A stretch of 63,134 nucleotides of DNA, counting the filler, from Octopus bimaculoides (Eukaryota): the NCBI RefSeq assembly GCF_001194135.2. It is 4 parts of 4 records of this genome, joined end to end, with 100 filler letters (N's around TTAATTAATTAA, not from the genome) between each part and the next. Parts side by side here need not be neighbours in the genome. Positions count along the whole stretch, not along the records: positions 1 to 23,297 come from NC_068981.1; positions 23,398 to 43,200 come from NC_068983.1; 2 more parts are not named here. One strand, written 5' to 3'. The notes beneath the pieces were generated by a model that searched no databases, was not told the DNA's origin, and saw nothing but the letters and a program-made list of their open reading frames with translations. How positions within the stretch are numbered: the first letter of the stretch is position 1; each line of letters starts with the position of its first letter. The translations under genes were made by a program, and so were the position numbers. This document shows positions 13,062-26,419 of the stretch, one piece after another.

Positions 13062-14690
13062 ATTTATGTATTGTATTAACAAATGGTTAACAGTACTGGA
13101 AAATATGTTTACATCTATTTGCCAACTAGTTTAAAATGCTTTCACCCGTTCATTTACCGACAGTATTTATTTTAGAAGATTTGTATTTCCGATGCTGGTA
13201 ACTCCTACGAGGCTCCTATTGGTTTCTCCTGATTTACATTAGGTTTTTACTGTCATACAAAACACCTTTTTTCTGAACGTATTTTCCTCCCGTTTATTGT
13301 TTATTTTATACACGTGCATATGTTTAAACAAATGATATTTCTTCTCATATTTATAATACTGTCTTTCATATTTTAAAAGTAAATCATCTATTTGCTTAAA
13401 CTATCCTTCCAGTTCAAAGTGTACAACAACTGCCTCGTCCCTAATCTGATGGTAACGCCTGTTTACTTCCCTATGACTTTATATATAGAATAACAGAAGC
13501 GAATGAATAATTTTCTATATTCTTTTGGCTATTTCAGCGTATTCTCTCTAAACTTATACTCTTAAATGTATTTACATGATGTTTATCTGGATTCCATAAA
13601 AAATATTTTCTCTGAATTTAACTTTCTTTCCAATTAACTACTGTTTTGTATTTCATGATCTTTGTGTTGTGTTTCAGTGTTTTCCATCACACTAGCTGAT
13701 GTTTTCTGCGTCGTTGAGTCTTTTGTTTTATACCTCTTGGAGTATTTATGTACTGGATGACAATATGCTTATCAGTGTACTGATATACTTTCTAATTATC
13801 CACTTATCTATCCAGATGTGTTAGTGAATAGAATGTTTATATGTTTCTACATTTTCTTTACCAATTTTTTTTCCGCGGCTTTTATTGAATTAAAGTTTGA
13901 AAGTTATACAGAAATAAATTACGTTCAAGCCGGTTTCTATGGTATATTTACGTTCAGGCTATTTCTAAGAAGAGTTTTCTTTATGCACATTCTAATTCTA
14001 TTGACATTTAATTTGTCATTTGGACGGCGGTATTTTTATGGTTACGGTAGATGAAGATTTATGGTTTGTTTACTGGAATGATAGGATACTTGAGCCTATA
14101 TACTCTCACACTCCAACTACATTATCATGGCTTTGAACATGTAATCTGCGCGCATTCTATTTTATTGACCAGATCATTTTCCCTTACCTAACAGTAGAAT
14201 ATTTCTAGCATAAAACATTACAATCTTTCTTGTCTAGGCTGATAACCCGTTCAGTGTTTTCAATAGCTTTATTCAGTAATGACGTATTTATCGTCTGGTA
14301 GAAGGTCTTTTATGTCGATTTTTGATTACTATGTTGTTCAAACATTAGATAACATTTACTGTATTCTGACACTATGATATAAAGCCTATACATACATACA
14401 TTAATAAAACATATATCTCTTTCTTAGCTTTAACATACATTAGTTTGGTTCCAATAATTAATTGGCCAGTAATCCTCATCTTATTAACAATACTTGTATC
14501 GATATCATCCGTACCGATAATGGTAATCTTGTGACGCGTCTAGGAAGGATCATGTTGTCTGCCGAATCTATTGTAAAGATAATTCCAACTCTTTTCTTTG
14601 ACCGGGAAAAACAGACAGTTTGCTTGTTTGGTAACTATGCCGGAAAAGTTTGTGAATTAAATGGCAACAGCAGATACTATTATTGTTAAG

Positions 14691-15430
14691 GTGGTGAGCT
14701 GGTAGAGTCGTTGGACAAATGCATAGCGGCATTTCTCCCGATTCATTGGGTCGTAGTTCAAATTATGTCGAGGTAAACTTTGCCTTTCATTCCTATAGTG
14801 TCGATAAAATAAAGTACTTGTCAAGTAATAAGGACGATGTAATCGACTAATCCCCTCCACTGAATATGCTGACCTTGTGCCAAAATTTGAATTTACGTTC
14901 TTCGTTCAAATTCCGCCGATATCGAATTTGCCTCTCATCTTTTCGAGGTGGATAAAATATGCATCTATTGAACAGCTGGAGTCGATGTAATCAATTAAAC
15001 CACCCCGCTCGCGTCTCCTGAATTGCTTGCCTTGTGCTAAAATTGGAAACCCGTATTATTATTCTTATTAAAGTGGTGAAGTAGCAGAATCGTTAGCGCA
15101 CCAGACAAAATATCAAAATGGCTTTTCATTTGGCTCTTTACGTTTTGAGTTACAATCATATAGAGGTTAATCTTGTCTTTCTTTCTTTCTGAGGTCGTTA
15201 AAATAAGCTTCTGTTGAATATTGTTGGTGATGTAGTTGACTGACAACTTCGTCCTAAAAACTAGCAGCGTTCCTGTACTCTACTCTCGTGGTTCACTTTC
15301 CACTGAAGTCAACATTACCTTTCAATTTTGGGGGTCGATAAAATAAAGTGCAAGTCATGTACTGTTTCTACTGACGCTATCTTGATATCTACTGACCCCT
15401 CCCATCAAAATTGTTGGCCTTGTTCCTAAA
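14691..15430 (+). mobile_element. Cluster of about 4 partial SINE B copies in the same orientation
   Basis: Repeated blocks: ggtgagctggtagagtcgtt, gttcaaatt, tttgcctttcat, gtcgataaaataaagtac, ccttgtgc. Confidence 0.75.
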
Positions 15431-16441
15431 TAAGAACAAGTTTAATTATTTTTTTTTTAATTTTGAAAGTTGATCTAAATAGGATGTTATACACGATTAA
15501 ATAAAAAATAGATTAATAAATAAAATAACAGCAGCAACAGCAGTTGTAACTCTAGTAGCAGTATTGCATATTTTTTTTAGCTTATGTAGTAATGTAGCAA
15601 GTACTATATTGTTAATAATAAAAAATAGACATGTAAAAAAAATAAAAAAATTCAAAACAATGCTATCATAGATAAGAATAAAGGAACAGTAAAGCAACTG
15701 TTGTAACATTAGTGACAGAAACTAACAATAACATTAATATAATAAAACAAGATGCTCTCAAACAAAAGAAGAGAAAACAAAAAACTAACGGTACATTTGT
15801 TGTTAATGTGAGTTTTATTTCTGATATTATTTTTATGTTTTCTTTCAGATGGTTTCCTAGTTGTGTGATTTTTTACTAATGTATTATTTGCTGCCATGCT
15901 GTGTTTGACAGACTGTCAGTAGCAGCGGTGGCCTTTTTATTGTTATTTTTTGGAGTTTTTGTAATGTATCGCTAATGTATTTTAACCCGCGTCTAATTTA
16001 CTCCCACTGTGCATAGTTCTATGCTCTAGGACAGTATTACAGCTTAGCTTACGCGACTTTTTTTTTATTATTGCTATTGATTTTCTTATTGGTTATTCGT
16101 TTTTGTTTAAACCTTCATTTGTTATTTATTCATTGTTCATTTAGACATATTTTAAACGCATTTTTAAATAGATGTCTATCTATGTCTATACTAATCTATG
16201 TGTGTTAAATGTGTGTGCATGTGTATGTATGCATGTGACTGTATGTGTGTGTTTTATACAAGTACGTGCGTTGATATATGTGTAATTGTGGTATCTGTAA
16301 ATCTGTCTGTTCGATTATCTGCGTATGAATGAGTTGATTTCTATGGTCATATACACGCGCATGCCTATATAATACACTTCCAAATGTGTAACAAATATTC
16401 ATAAATGTGTGTGTGTAAGTGCATTTGTATTGTGTGTGTGT

Positions 16442-16482
<41 letters not shown>

Positions 16483-16819
16483 CACAAGCACACACACGCG
16501 CGCATGATGTTTGTTCTTATGTGAGCGCGTATGTTATTTTTATGTATTCACAACTGCTACTTTTGAGCTTAATACGATAATCATTGAACTGTTTCTTGAA
16601 ATATGTATGCATGCCTACTAATATGTTTGGCTCATTCCGTCCTATATACGTATGTCTTTGTAACTTCACTGTGATCATGTACGGGTAGACAGAGCAGTTT
16701 TTCTTTATAATCGTAGTCAGTAAGAATGTTCAACAGATAAAGATTTTCTGCATCATCATATGATTATGTAGGCCAAGGAGTGATTCGTAATGTGAAGGTA
16801 TTTTGTGTATGACTGACGT

Positions 16820-17250
16820 TAGGCATTTTGCGCATCTGTTTCCTCATTTCGTTATCAATGAGCTATCTTGGTCTAATCACGCGAATTCCAAACGTTTTGG
16901 AGATCGCACACCATTTCAGGCAACATTCTCCCTCACTATTATTCTGCCAGTCTGGACAACGGGTGGTCAGATATGTTACTAACGCTTGCTTTCTTTGGAG
17001 ACTCGGGTCTGTGTGTATCAAAGGCTTACTATATCTTTCTGTCCATGCCCTGTTTGCCGTAAAATTGTACGTATATTTTATTCTACATTTGAGTGTGATT
17101 CTTGTCCTTTTGTCAACGTATATAGATAGAGTTGTCGCTGATTTTTCCTCCCCTATTTATTTGTTAGTATGGTTAATTCAATTTGTAATACACCAATTTA
17201 ACACTAGGGACCGGTATAATATTAGAATCAGTTGTTCCATTATATTTTGA
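16820..17250 (-). mobile_element. Possible decayed Penelope-like GIY-YIG region
   Basis: Minus-strand frames give VYYKLN*PY and ALVTYLTTRCPD, loosely resembling the PLE YxKLPYIG...VVYxFxCPGC region. Many stops. Confidence 0.35.
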
Positions 17251-17645
17251 CGAAAATCAAAGAGATTTCCCATTTTGATCTACATAAAGCATTAGGAAAA
17301 GTAATACCATTTTAAATGGAAATATGTAAAAATAAAACATGCAAAAGTTTTATTGAGAATATATAAGAGTTAATAGTTATTTCCGTGTTTGAAGGTTATG
17401 TAAATATATAGAAAAAACATTATAAGATTTGTACTATGAATAAAATCATTGACTTTTTAAAATATCCGAAGACACAAATAAAGTTCACTTCTGATGGTGA
17501 CACTTCTTTGTGTTTCCAAATATGATACGTTATTTTACATGTCTCAGTTTCCTAGGAATACTGGAGTCAATGACAGCCGATAGCTCAGGAAATATCGAGA
17601 GTTCATTTAAAACAGCTGATGAAGGTCGAGCAACCGATTCGATTT

Positions 17646-17687
<42 letters not shown>

Positions 17688-17884
17688 GACAAATAAATAG
17701 TTATTCTTTCACTTAGAACAGTGGATATTACAGTAATGTCAAGGTTGAGAATATGGTAAATGTATTGTATATCTTCATATTATTTTGGAATTAAGAAGCT
17801 GCATAATTCGTTTCTATTCAGCTATTTGAAAAAAAAAAATCATTCATAGAAATAACTATAATAATCCTTTCTGACGTAGACAAA

Positions 17885-18072
17885 AAACCCTGAAATTTGG
17901 TGAAGGGGGGATAGTTAATTATATCGACACCAGTACACAACTATTACTTAATTTATCGATCCCGAATGGATGAAAGGCAAAGACAACTCCGGAGAAAATC
18001 GAACTCAGAATGTAGTGACAGGCGAAATACTGCTAAGTATTTTGTCAGCTTGCTAACGGTTCTGCCAGCTCG
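17885..18072 (-). mobile_element. SINE family B
   Basis: Head reverse complement gcgagctggcagaaccgttagc, B-box-like gagttcgatt, central block present. Confidence 0.8.
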
Positions 18073-18134
18073 CTCCCTTATTAGGGATAACTATAATAAT
18101 AATATGCAGTTATTTCAATGAACAATAATTTTTT

Positions 18135-18490
18135 TCTTTTTAATTGTTTCAGTCAGTTGACTGCGGCCATGCTGGTGCACCACCTTTAGTCGATCAAATC
18201 GACCCCAGGACTTATTCTTTGTAAGCCTAGTACTTATTCTATCGGTCTCTCGTGTCGAACCGCTAGGTTACGGGGACGTAAACACACCAACATCGGCTGT
18301 CAAGCGATGTTGGGAGGTCAAACACAGATACGCAAACATATACATCCATATACATACATACATGTATATATATATATGTGTATATATATATANNNNNNNN
18401 NNTTGGTCGGCCCGAGGTGCCATGCAGTGGGACTGAACCCGGAACCATGTGGCTAGTAAGTAAGCTACTTGCCACACAGCCACTCCTGCG
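18135..18490 (-). mobile_element. SINE family A (near full length, short internal gap)
   Basis: Head, internal microsatellite and tail are all homologous to the copy at 40346-40720. Confidence 0.85.
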
Positions 18491-19278
18491 CAAATTTTAC
18501 AGGAATTGAATCTTTGCATATGGGTTTAATAACGACAAAAGTCTCTCAACAGAATCATTTCTTTGCTAAGAATGACTGTCAGTTATCTGTCCAACCACTT
18601 CGTAACTTTGCAAAACGAAGAAATGAAAAAAATGAAATATAGCATAAATAGGAATGAGAAATCTCATGGCAGTTGCAATGCATTTGATCATAAGTAAGGC
18701 TTAAAATGGGACTAAAAAAGTCCAACGACATGGCTAAAAGGGACATGTTCTTTGTAGAGATGCATGTATTAAACTGTATGCCATAAGACCCTGCTGGCTT
18801 CTCTTACAGCACAGCTTAACTTAATATGTCATGCATACTAACTATAATTGAAAAAAAAAATAATCATTCACTATAACACTGATGCCTACCTCTCTTATCT
18901 CCCTACCTATCAATATACCAACACATAAATATACACACATATTTACACAGATTCATATACAACACTAAGACACACACACACATACACACACATGCACACA
19001 CAGACATACACACACATGCACACACAGACATACACACACATGCACACACAGACATACACACACATACGTGTACAATATATTTATGTATGTGTGTGATTGT
19101 ATATGAATATTTCTCCAAAGCTAGAGAGAATACTTTATAAGAAAACGATCATCATAAATATATTCAGGGATATTATGATGCCATTCCTCCATGATTCTAA
19201 AGGTATAAAATACAACAGCGAAGAGATACAATGCCTTCAACCTTTAACTGTAAATCAGATTTCCCTATTAGATTCCTG

Positions 19279-19390
<112 letters not shown>

Positions 19391-19760
19391 CACACACACA
19401 TACCAGGAATATTGGTCGAGACATAAATACTTCATATTCTAAAAGAAAGTGATAATGGAAGTTGTGATGATGTGAGGAAGCATCAGAAATTAACTTCAGG
19501 CAAGTGAGTTAATTTCTGTGATTCATATAGTTCATATCACAATATAATTTTTTTTTCTATTTTTTGGCAAATGTCTGTAGCAAGAATCTTCCTTATTGAT
19601 AGCAAATCAACAACGAGTTATACATAAGAGATATATATATATATAAATTTAAATGAGGTTTTAAATTGTAAATACACACACACACACACACACACACATA
19701 AACTTAGACGCACACAAATATCGTACACATATTTTCTAATATATAAAATGCTTTATTGTA

Positions 19761-19922
19761 ATAGGTGCAGGCATGGCTGTGTGGTAAGAAGTTTGCTTCC
19801 CAACCACATGGTTCAGCGTTCAGCGTGACACGTTGGGTGAGTGTCTTCAACTATAGCCTCAAGTCGACTAAAGCCTCATGAACGGATTTGGTAGACGAAA
19901 ACTGAAAGAAGCCCGTCGTATA
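19761..19922 (+). mobile_element. SINE family A, 5' half
   Basis: ataggtgcaggcatggctgtgtggtaag...ggatttggtagacgaaaactgaaagaagcccgtcgtata. Confidence 0.85.
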
Positions 19923-20156
19923 CACACACACACACACACATGTATGCATATATATATATATGGTAAAATATCGTTGCTACTATGCAAAAGTGTCATAAGT
20001 CCAAAAGGTTGCTTTTTCAGAAAACGAAAAAATAGTTTCACCATTTCATTTCTGTTTACATTAGCAACAGTTTCAGCTTAACAATAATACTTTGTTGTGT
20101 ACATAAAATTGTAACTCCGCGCATGTATAATATTTTCAGTTCCAAATATTTTTGCA

Positions 20157-20353
20157 AAACTGTCGTATGTGGACTTATTACACTTCTGAAAAATGCTAAA
20201 CCGATGTGCTACAACTTGCGAATTTTCATCTGAAGCTGGATATACGATACTTTAGACAAACGAACTGGTTATTACAAGCAAAATTAAATACTGAAAACAA
20301 CAAAGAACGCACCTAAAATACGCATTTGGCCAAATTTGAACATACGACAGTTT
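20157..20353. repeat. Short element bounded by a 14-bp inverted repeat
   Basis: aaactgtcgtatgt (20157-20170) versus acatacgacagttt (20340-20353). Confidence 0.35.
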
Positions 20354-20741
20354 AATATAATACTAATGATNNNNNNNNNNNNNNNNNNNNNNNNNNNNNN
20401 NNNTATATATATAAATATATATAAGAAGAACGGATACATCTAATACTTAAGTTTGAGGACAAGATATATATATCTTATATGATATATATAAACATACATA
20501 TCTATCAAAAAACGGACGTAATTTCGTACGCAATACAATGTTAAGTCACGTTTACAAATCCTTTTATACTTTCCCCTGTCTTCCCATCTTAATTTCTATA
20601 TTTGTATTGCAATACATTTCCTCTGTATGTATGTATGTATATATATATATATAAACATGTATGTGTATCTGTATTATGTATGCATTTATGCATGCTTATA
20701 AGTCTACACAAATATATATTAACATCTACTTATATGCGTGT

Positions 20742-20777
<36 letters not shown>

Positions 20778-22824
20778 NNNNNNNNNNNNNNNNNNNNNNN
20801 NNNNNNNNNNNNNNNNNNNNNNNNNNNNNNNNNNNNNNNNNNNNNNNNNNNNNNNNNNNNNNNNNNNNNNNNNNNNNNNNNNNNNNNNNNNNNNNNNNNN
20901 NNNNNNNNNNNNNNNNNNNNNNNNNNNNNNNNNNNNNNNNNNNNNNNNNNNNNNNNNNNNNNNNNNNNNNNNNNNNNNNNNNNNNNNNNNNNNNNNNNNN
21001 NNNNNNNNNNNNNNNNNNNNNNNNNNNNNNNNNNNNNNNNNNNNNNNNNNNNNNNNNNNNNNNNNNNNNNNNNNNNNNNNNNNNNNNNNNNNNNNNNNNN
21101 NNNNNNNNNNNNNNNNNNNNNNNNNNNNNNNNNNNNNNNNNNNNNNNNNNNNNNNNNNNNNNNNNNNNNNNNNNNNNNNNNNNNNNNNNNNNNNNNNNNN
21201 NNNNNNNNNNNNNNNNNNNNNNNNNNNNNNNNNNNNNNNNNNNNNNNNNNNNNNNNNNNNNNNNNNNNNNNNNNNNNNNNNNNNNNNNNNNNNNNNNNNN
21301 NNNNNNNNNNNNNNNNNNNNNNNNNNNNNNNNNNNNNNNNNNNNNNNNNNNNNNNNNNNNNNNNNNNNNNNNNNNNNNNNNNNNNNNNNNNNNNNNNNNN
21401 NNNNNNNNNNNNNNNNNNNNNNNNNNNNNNNNNNNNNNNNNNNNNNNNNNNNNNNNNNNNNNNNNNNNNNNNNNNNNNNNNNNNNNNNNNNNNNNNNNNN
21501 NNNNNNNNNNNNNNNNNNNNNNNNNNNNNNNNNNNNNNNNNNNNNNNNNNNNNNNNNNNNNNNNNNNNNNNNNNNNNNNNNNNNNNNNNNNNNNNNATAT
21601 ATATATATATATATATATATATGTATAATATACATATACACACACATATTCATATGAAAGTGTGTGTGTGTGTGCGTGTGTGGATATTCTTATGCATTTT
21701 TCCTAAACACGTAGACATACACCTATAGTTAAACCCATATACATAACACACACATAACATACTAACTAGAAACTTATGCAAAAAATATCTGAACAGGCAT
21801 TCTCCAATATGGATGTTTCTTATTTATGTTATTCGTATCTTCCATTTATATTATGTATATACCTGTTTTTTTCTCTTTATACATCGTCTCTAAAAGACAG
21901 AAGACATTTTGGTTCGCTAATAATAAGAGTTTCTGAAACGTTCTTTGAATTGGTTGCCATTTGGAAAACCAATCTTCTATCGTATTCTGTCTAATTGGAT
22001 ATCATCGTTTCTAGTATTTTCTTTCATCCTTTATTACATATCAGTCCATTCACCATACTACTCATAACGATGTTGCCACCGCATTTAACTGCTGCCTTGC
22101 ACCACCACCAACACCACAGCAGTAACTGCAATAGCAGCAACAATAAATACAACAACAACAACAAAAACAACAACAGCAGCAGCAGCAACAACAACCTATA
22201 ACTGACATTTGCACTTTATGTAAGCATTAGTCGAGGTCGATATTCTGCATTTAGTTATTTCCCCTCTTAATTATTTTTTCTTTTCATTTTAAATATTTTT
22301 ACTCTGAATTTCTTTTGTGGTTATTTGTATTGCGTTTTCGCTGATGATGATATTAAGATTTATTTTTTCTTTTAAACTATGCTATTCATCTTTACATTGT
22401 AACTTGTTCCTTTTTCCATTTTTTTTTTTACAGTTGTGTATGTGTATGGAAGATGGGTTGCCCGAGTTTAAAGTCTAATCAAGAAATCACAAATCAACAA
22501 CGATTGTTTTGCTCTTTTTTTCTTCTTCTTCGAGATATATCCTGAGAGATACATCAAAATTGTTCTGCCAACCGACGAATCTTTTCATAAGCCATTACAA
22601 AGCTAAAGTGATGCCTTGTATTGATTCTATTATGACTATGTAGTAGTATCAGAGAAATGAGAAATATAGCAATAATAAAACAACAGCAAAATAAAACACA
22701 AAAATATAGAGAAATATACAATTCCATTGCCTATTGAATTCATGAATTTGTACATATGTATAGGTTTATATAAATATGTACTCGTATCTGTGCATGTAAT
22801 GTACGAATTTAGATGTATGGTGTA

Positions 22825-22861
<37 letters not shown>

Positions 22862-23236
22862 GCGTGTGTGTGTAGGACATATAGCTTCCAGAAACTGTGC
22901 AATATTACTTAAAATACCTTCGGTAACTGGGTTCAAATATCACTCGTAATGCCCATGTTGCTGTTTGTTTTTTTATCACCTACAAGAACTAACTAATAAT
23001 TACCAATAATGTCCAAGATAATTTCATTTCATAATTACCTACCTTAGGCCCTCTGCATTGACGAAATTTATTCAAAGGCATTGGATGCTCCAAGTACAAA
23101 TAGATGCTTAACCATAATTAGTTGACTGGAAGAATATAATCTATATAAAGCTCTAACTCATACAGTGGTACTCATATATCTAACTGCCCACACAATACAC
23201 ACACACATGTATATATACATATATACATATACATTT

Positions 23237-23297
<61 letters not shown>

Positions 23298-23397
23298 NNN
23301 NNNNNNNNNNNNNNNNNNNNNNNNNNNNNNNNNNNNNNNNNTTAATTAATTAANNNNNNNNNNNNNNNNNNNNNNNNNNNNNNNNNNNNNNNNNNNN
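23298..23397. other. Artificial 100-bp assembly spacer
   Basis: 44 N + ttaattaattaa + 44 N; identical layout at 43201 and 60178. Confidence 0.9.
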
Positions 23398-23493
<96 letters not shown>

Positions 23494-23905
23494 TAAACTA
23501 CAAGTCATTGATTATTTAAAATTTTGAATCTTTCCAAGGAGAAAATACACGAAGTAACACTTTCTGATACTTTTTAAAACACAAAGTATTATTTTGAATT
23601 AAAAAAAAAATTAATTTATTAATAATGAAGAATATTAGTTTCTGATTAGATTCATAATTCATTCGAAGAATGTAAATTAGTTGAGCATTTTGAATAAATG
23701 CATATTTACCCAGACGTAAAAAAAATGTAAAAGTTATATCGTATTTTACGTTCAAAATTTGTCTAATGTATTGTGTATTTTTATGAAAATTTAAATTAGA
23801 ACATGTTCTGAATTTCTTGGAAGTAGCAATCTTTTAAAAACCAGAAGACCAGAATTTTTTCCCCGATATTATAAATTAAAGAACTGGAGTGTTTGTAAAT
23901 ATTGC

Positions 23906-24024
<119 letters not shown>

Positions 24025-24329
24025 TGTGTGTTGCAATTCAAACAATCGTGGTGGAAGAATGAATAAACAAATACTTAAATAATAATGATAACTAAGAAGA
24101 AATTCTATGTATATTTTAAACTCTTTCTGTTTATTTTCCTTTAAATCTCACCTACTGAAGAATACAAATTTGACCTTTTTGATATTCTCTTTGTGGAAAT
24201 ATTTGTCCTTTTGTCAGAAACATTTGTCTGGGAATATGAGATAAAAGTATAATCCATTTTAACATCCAATCTGCTTCATTTCATTTATTTCATGAAATTT
24301 ATTGAACTTTGTGTAATAAATTATGTCTG

Positions 24330-24538
24330 ATATTGATTTGCCGGTGTTAAAACGGGGGTAGCTGATGAAGGAAAATGTTCTCTATGTGGCTTGTGTATTT
24401 TCTGTACTCTGATTATCATTATTTTCTTGTCTACGTTTTGTTTGCAATGTCCTGTACCCAGATATGCACCTATACATACAGGTGGATGTAGGTATGCACA
24501 TACCCGTACGTATATATGCATATACTCATTTACTATTT

Positions 24539-24540
<2 letters not shown>
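24330..24540 (+). repeat. Interspersed repeat family F (possible PLE terminus)
   Basis: tcctgtacccagatatgca...gtaggtatg...tatatatgcata is homologous to 60555-60700 and to both arms of 61308-61545. Confidence 0.6.
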
Positions 24541-24572
<32 letters not shown>

Positions 24573-24659
24573 ATATATATAAAGATATATATATATATGT
24601 GTATATGTATATACATGTGTGTGTGCATACATATATATATGGTTCTAAATTGTGTGCAT

Positions 24660-24830
24660 AAAAGAAGAAGCAAATGAGCCAGACAGGTGAACAAACATGA
24701 TGTATTAGTTTCGGGCTCAGGAACCATAAAAGTATTTGACGTTTCGAGCCTGACCTCTTCTACAGAAAGGAAAAAGGAGAGAAAGAATTTGGCGAGAGGA
24801 AAACAGTATGTTTGGATTGGCAGTTTCATA
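24660..24830 (-). mobile_element. Penelope-like terminal repeat fragment
   Basis: Homologous to 25200-25380 and 52050-52140; carries a minimal hammerhead motif. Confidence 0.55.
24738..24765 (-). ncRNA. Minimal hammerhead-like motif, CUGUAGAA core
   Basis: Sense sequence cttt-ctgtagaa-gag gtcagg ctc-gaaacgtc-aaa. Confidence 0.5.
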
Positions 24831-24994
24831 TATTGAATAAATATTTATGATCAGGCATGTTCGAATGAAACAGAAAAGAAGTAAATAGCAAGGTTACTAA
24901 GGAACCGTGGTAGATTTTTCTCATACGCACACGCATACATACATACATACATACATACATACATACATACATACATACATACATACATACATAC

Positions 24995-25380
24995 ATGCAC
25001 AGTATTTATGTATATAGGTCCAGAGTAATCCATAGGCAGGAGAGGTGCAGCCGGAGTGTAGAAAGTCCAAAAGAAAGTCCAAAAGAGTGTAGAAAGGTAG
25101 AAAGTCCAGTGGAGAAGTTCGTGAGCGATGAGAAGAGACAGGATCAAATGGTGCGATCACGTGAGCGTGTGATATGTATAGGGAAATTCACAACAAAAAA
25201 ACAACAGACGAAGACAGGTGGTGTAGAAAACAAACAGATGTATTAGTGTAACGCTCGGGAATTGAAAAAGTCTTTAACGTTTCGAGCCTACGCTCTTCCA
25301 CAGAAAGGAACACAGAAAGAAAGAAGGAGAGAAACAAGCAGAGAAACAAATGTGTGTAGTTGTTAGCGATCTATCTGCCA
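24995..25380 (-). mobile_element. Penelope-like terminal repeat, longer copy
   Basis: Same family as 24660; includes the HHR motif and an adjacent block of gtagaaagtcc sub-repeats. Confidence 0.55.
25276..25303 (-). ncRNA. Minimal hammerhead-like motif, CUGUGGAA core
   Basis: Sense sequence cttt-ctgtggaa-gagc gtag gctc-gaaacgtt-aaag: 4-bp stem I, 4-bp stem II, palindromic ACGU stem III. Confidence 0.55.
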
Positions 25381-26124
25381 CGTTCGGCAAAAGAGGTCGA
25401 TAAAATAACTACCAGGCTCTAAAAACAAAATAAGTGCTGGGGTTAATACATTCGACTAAAAATCCTTCAAGCCGGTGCCCCAGTATAGCCATAGTCTGAT
25501 GACAAGTAAAAGCTATATGTGTGTGGGGGGTAAATACCGAAATGCTTCTAAAACAAAGTTTGATTCTTAATATGCAAATATGTGTCGCATTTCCCAGCGG
25601 CCATTACGGGATCAGACTTGACACAAAACACTCTCGACATTGACACACGGAACAATGGCGGCCAAAGACGTGTCACATGTTCAGTTAAAGCTGTATCGGG
25701 CATTTCTGTGTATTGTACGTGTGCGTTTGTTTGTTTTTTGTGGTCGTTTCTCTGCACTGACTTCCTTCCATTTAAAACGTTAACACGAAGCTTACACTAA
25801 CAAAACGAATGAAACTAAACAACAGGAAGTTGTCAACAATCGCTAATTACCATCGTCTTTTTCGTGTTTGATTATCATTTCTAATTCTTTGCGTTTATTT
25901 TCACTTTTTGCTGTTTCTCATCTTTGTATTTTCTTTGTATTTTCTTGTTACGTTGTTTTTATCTGAAATCTGGCTATTAATGCTTGTTATTGTAATTCAT
26001 GCCTTATGCTGTCTGTTTTCATCTTTCATGTTATGATGTTGCTCTAATTACTGTTGTTGTTGTTGTTTTCCAATATATTCCTAGCTGGACTCTGGTCATC
26101 TCTCTGGCGATCAAGTATTCACGA

Positions 26125-26156
26125 CAGAGGATGAGCAAACTAGCTCGAAACCGGAT
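26125..26156 (+). ncRNA. Degenerate minimal hammerhead relic
   Basis: cagaggat-gagc aaacta gctc-gaaaccgg; U4 is replaced by A. Confidence 0.35.
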
Positions 26157-26419
26157 CGCTCTCACGATCCTATCGTCTGCTGGAGGATGTTAGAGGTTTG
26201 CTCCTCTGTTGGCAATATATATGTACAGAGTGCAATGCTGCACGGATAACCAGCTGGCGGAAGATCTGCCTGGGGTTAAACTAGTGATAACATGGAACAG
26301 CCACATTGATGTGACGATTAATTTACTTGTTAGTATAGTTACAATTCTCATTTTTTATTGAGATTTTACAACTGGTTATTTTGCTTGTTGCAAATCAGTG
26401 ACCGATGATCACGTTTTCC

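Noticed and set aside
13100-14640. Possible ancient Penelope RT remnant or Helitron fragment on the minus strand
   Set aside because: Only scattered 3-5 residue resemblances, and no diagnostic motif is intact. It needs a profile search.
16828-17250. 140-aa plus-strand ORF
   Set aside because: No recognisable motif; more likely the antisense of a decayed retroelement.
17616-17645. ctgatgaa-ggt cgagca acc-gattc
   Set aside because: GAAA is mutated and there is no stem I or III.
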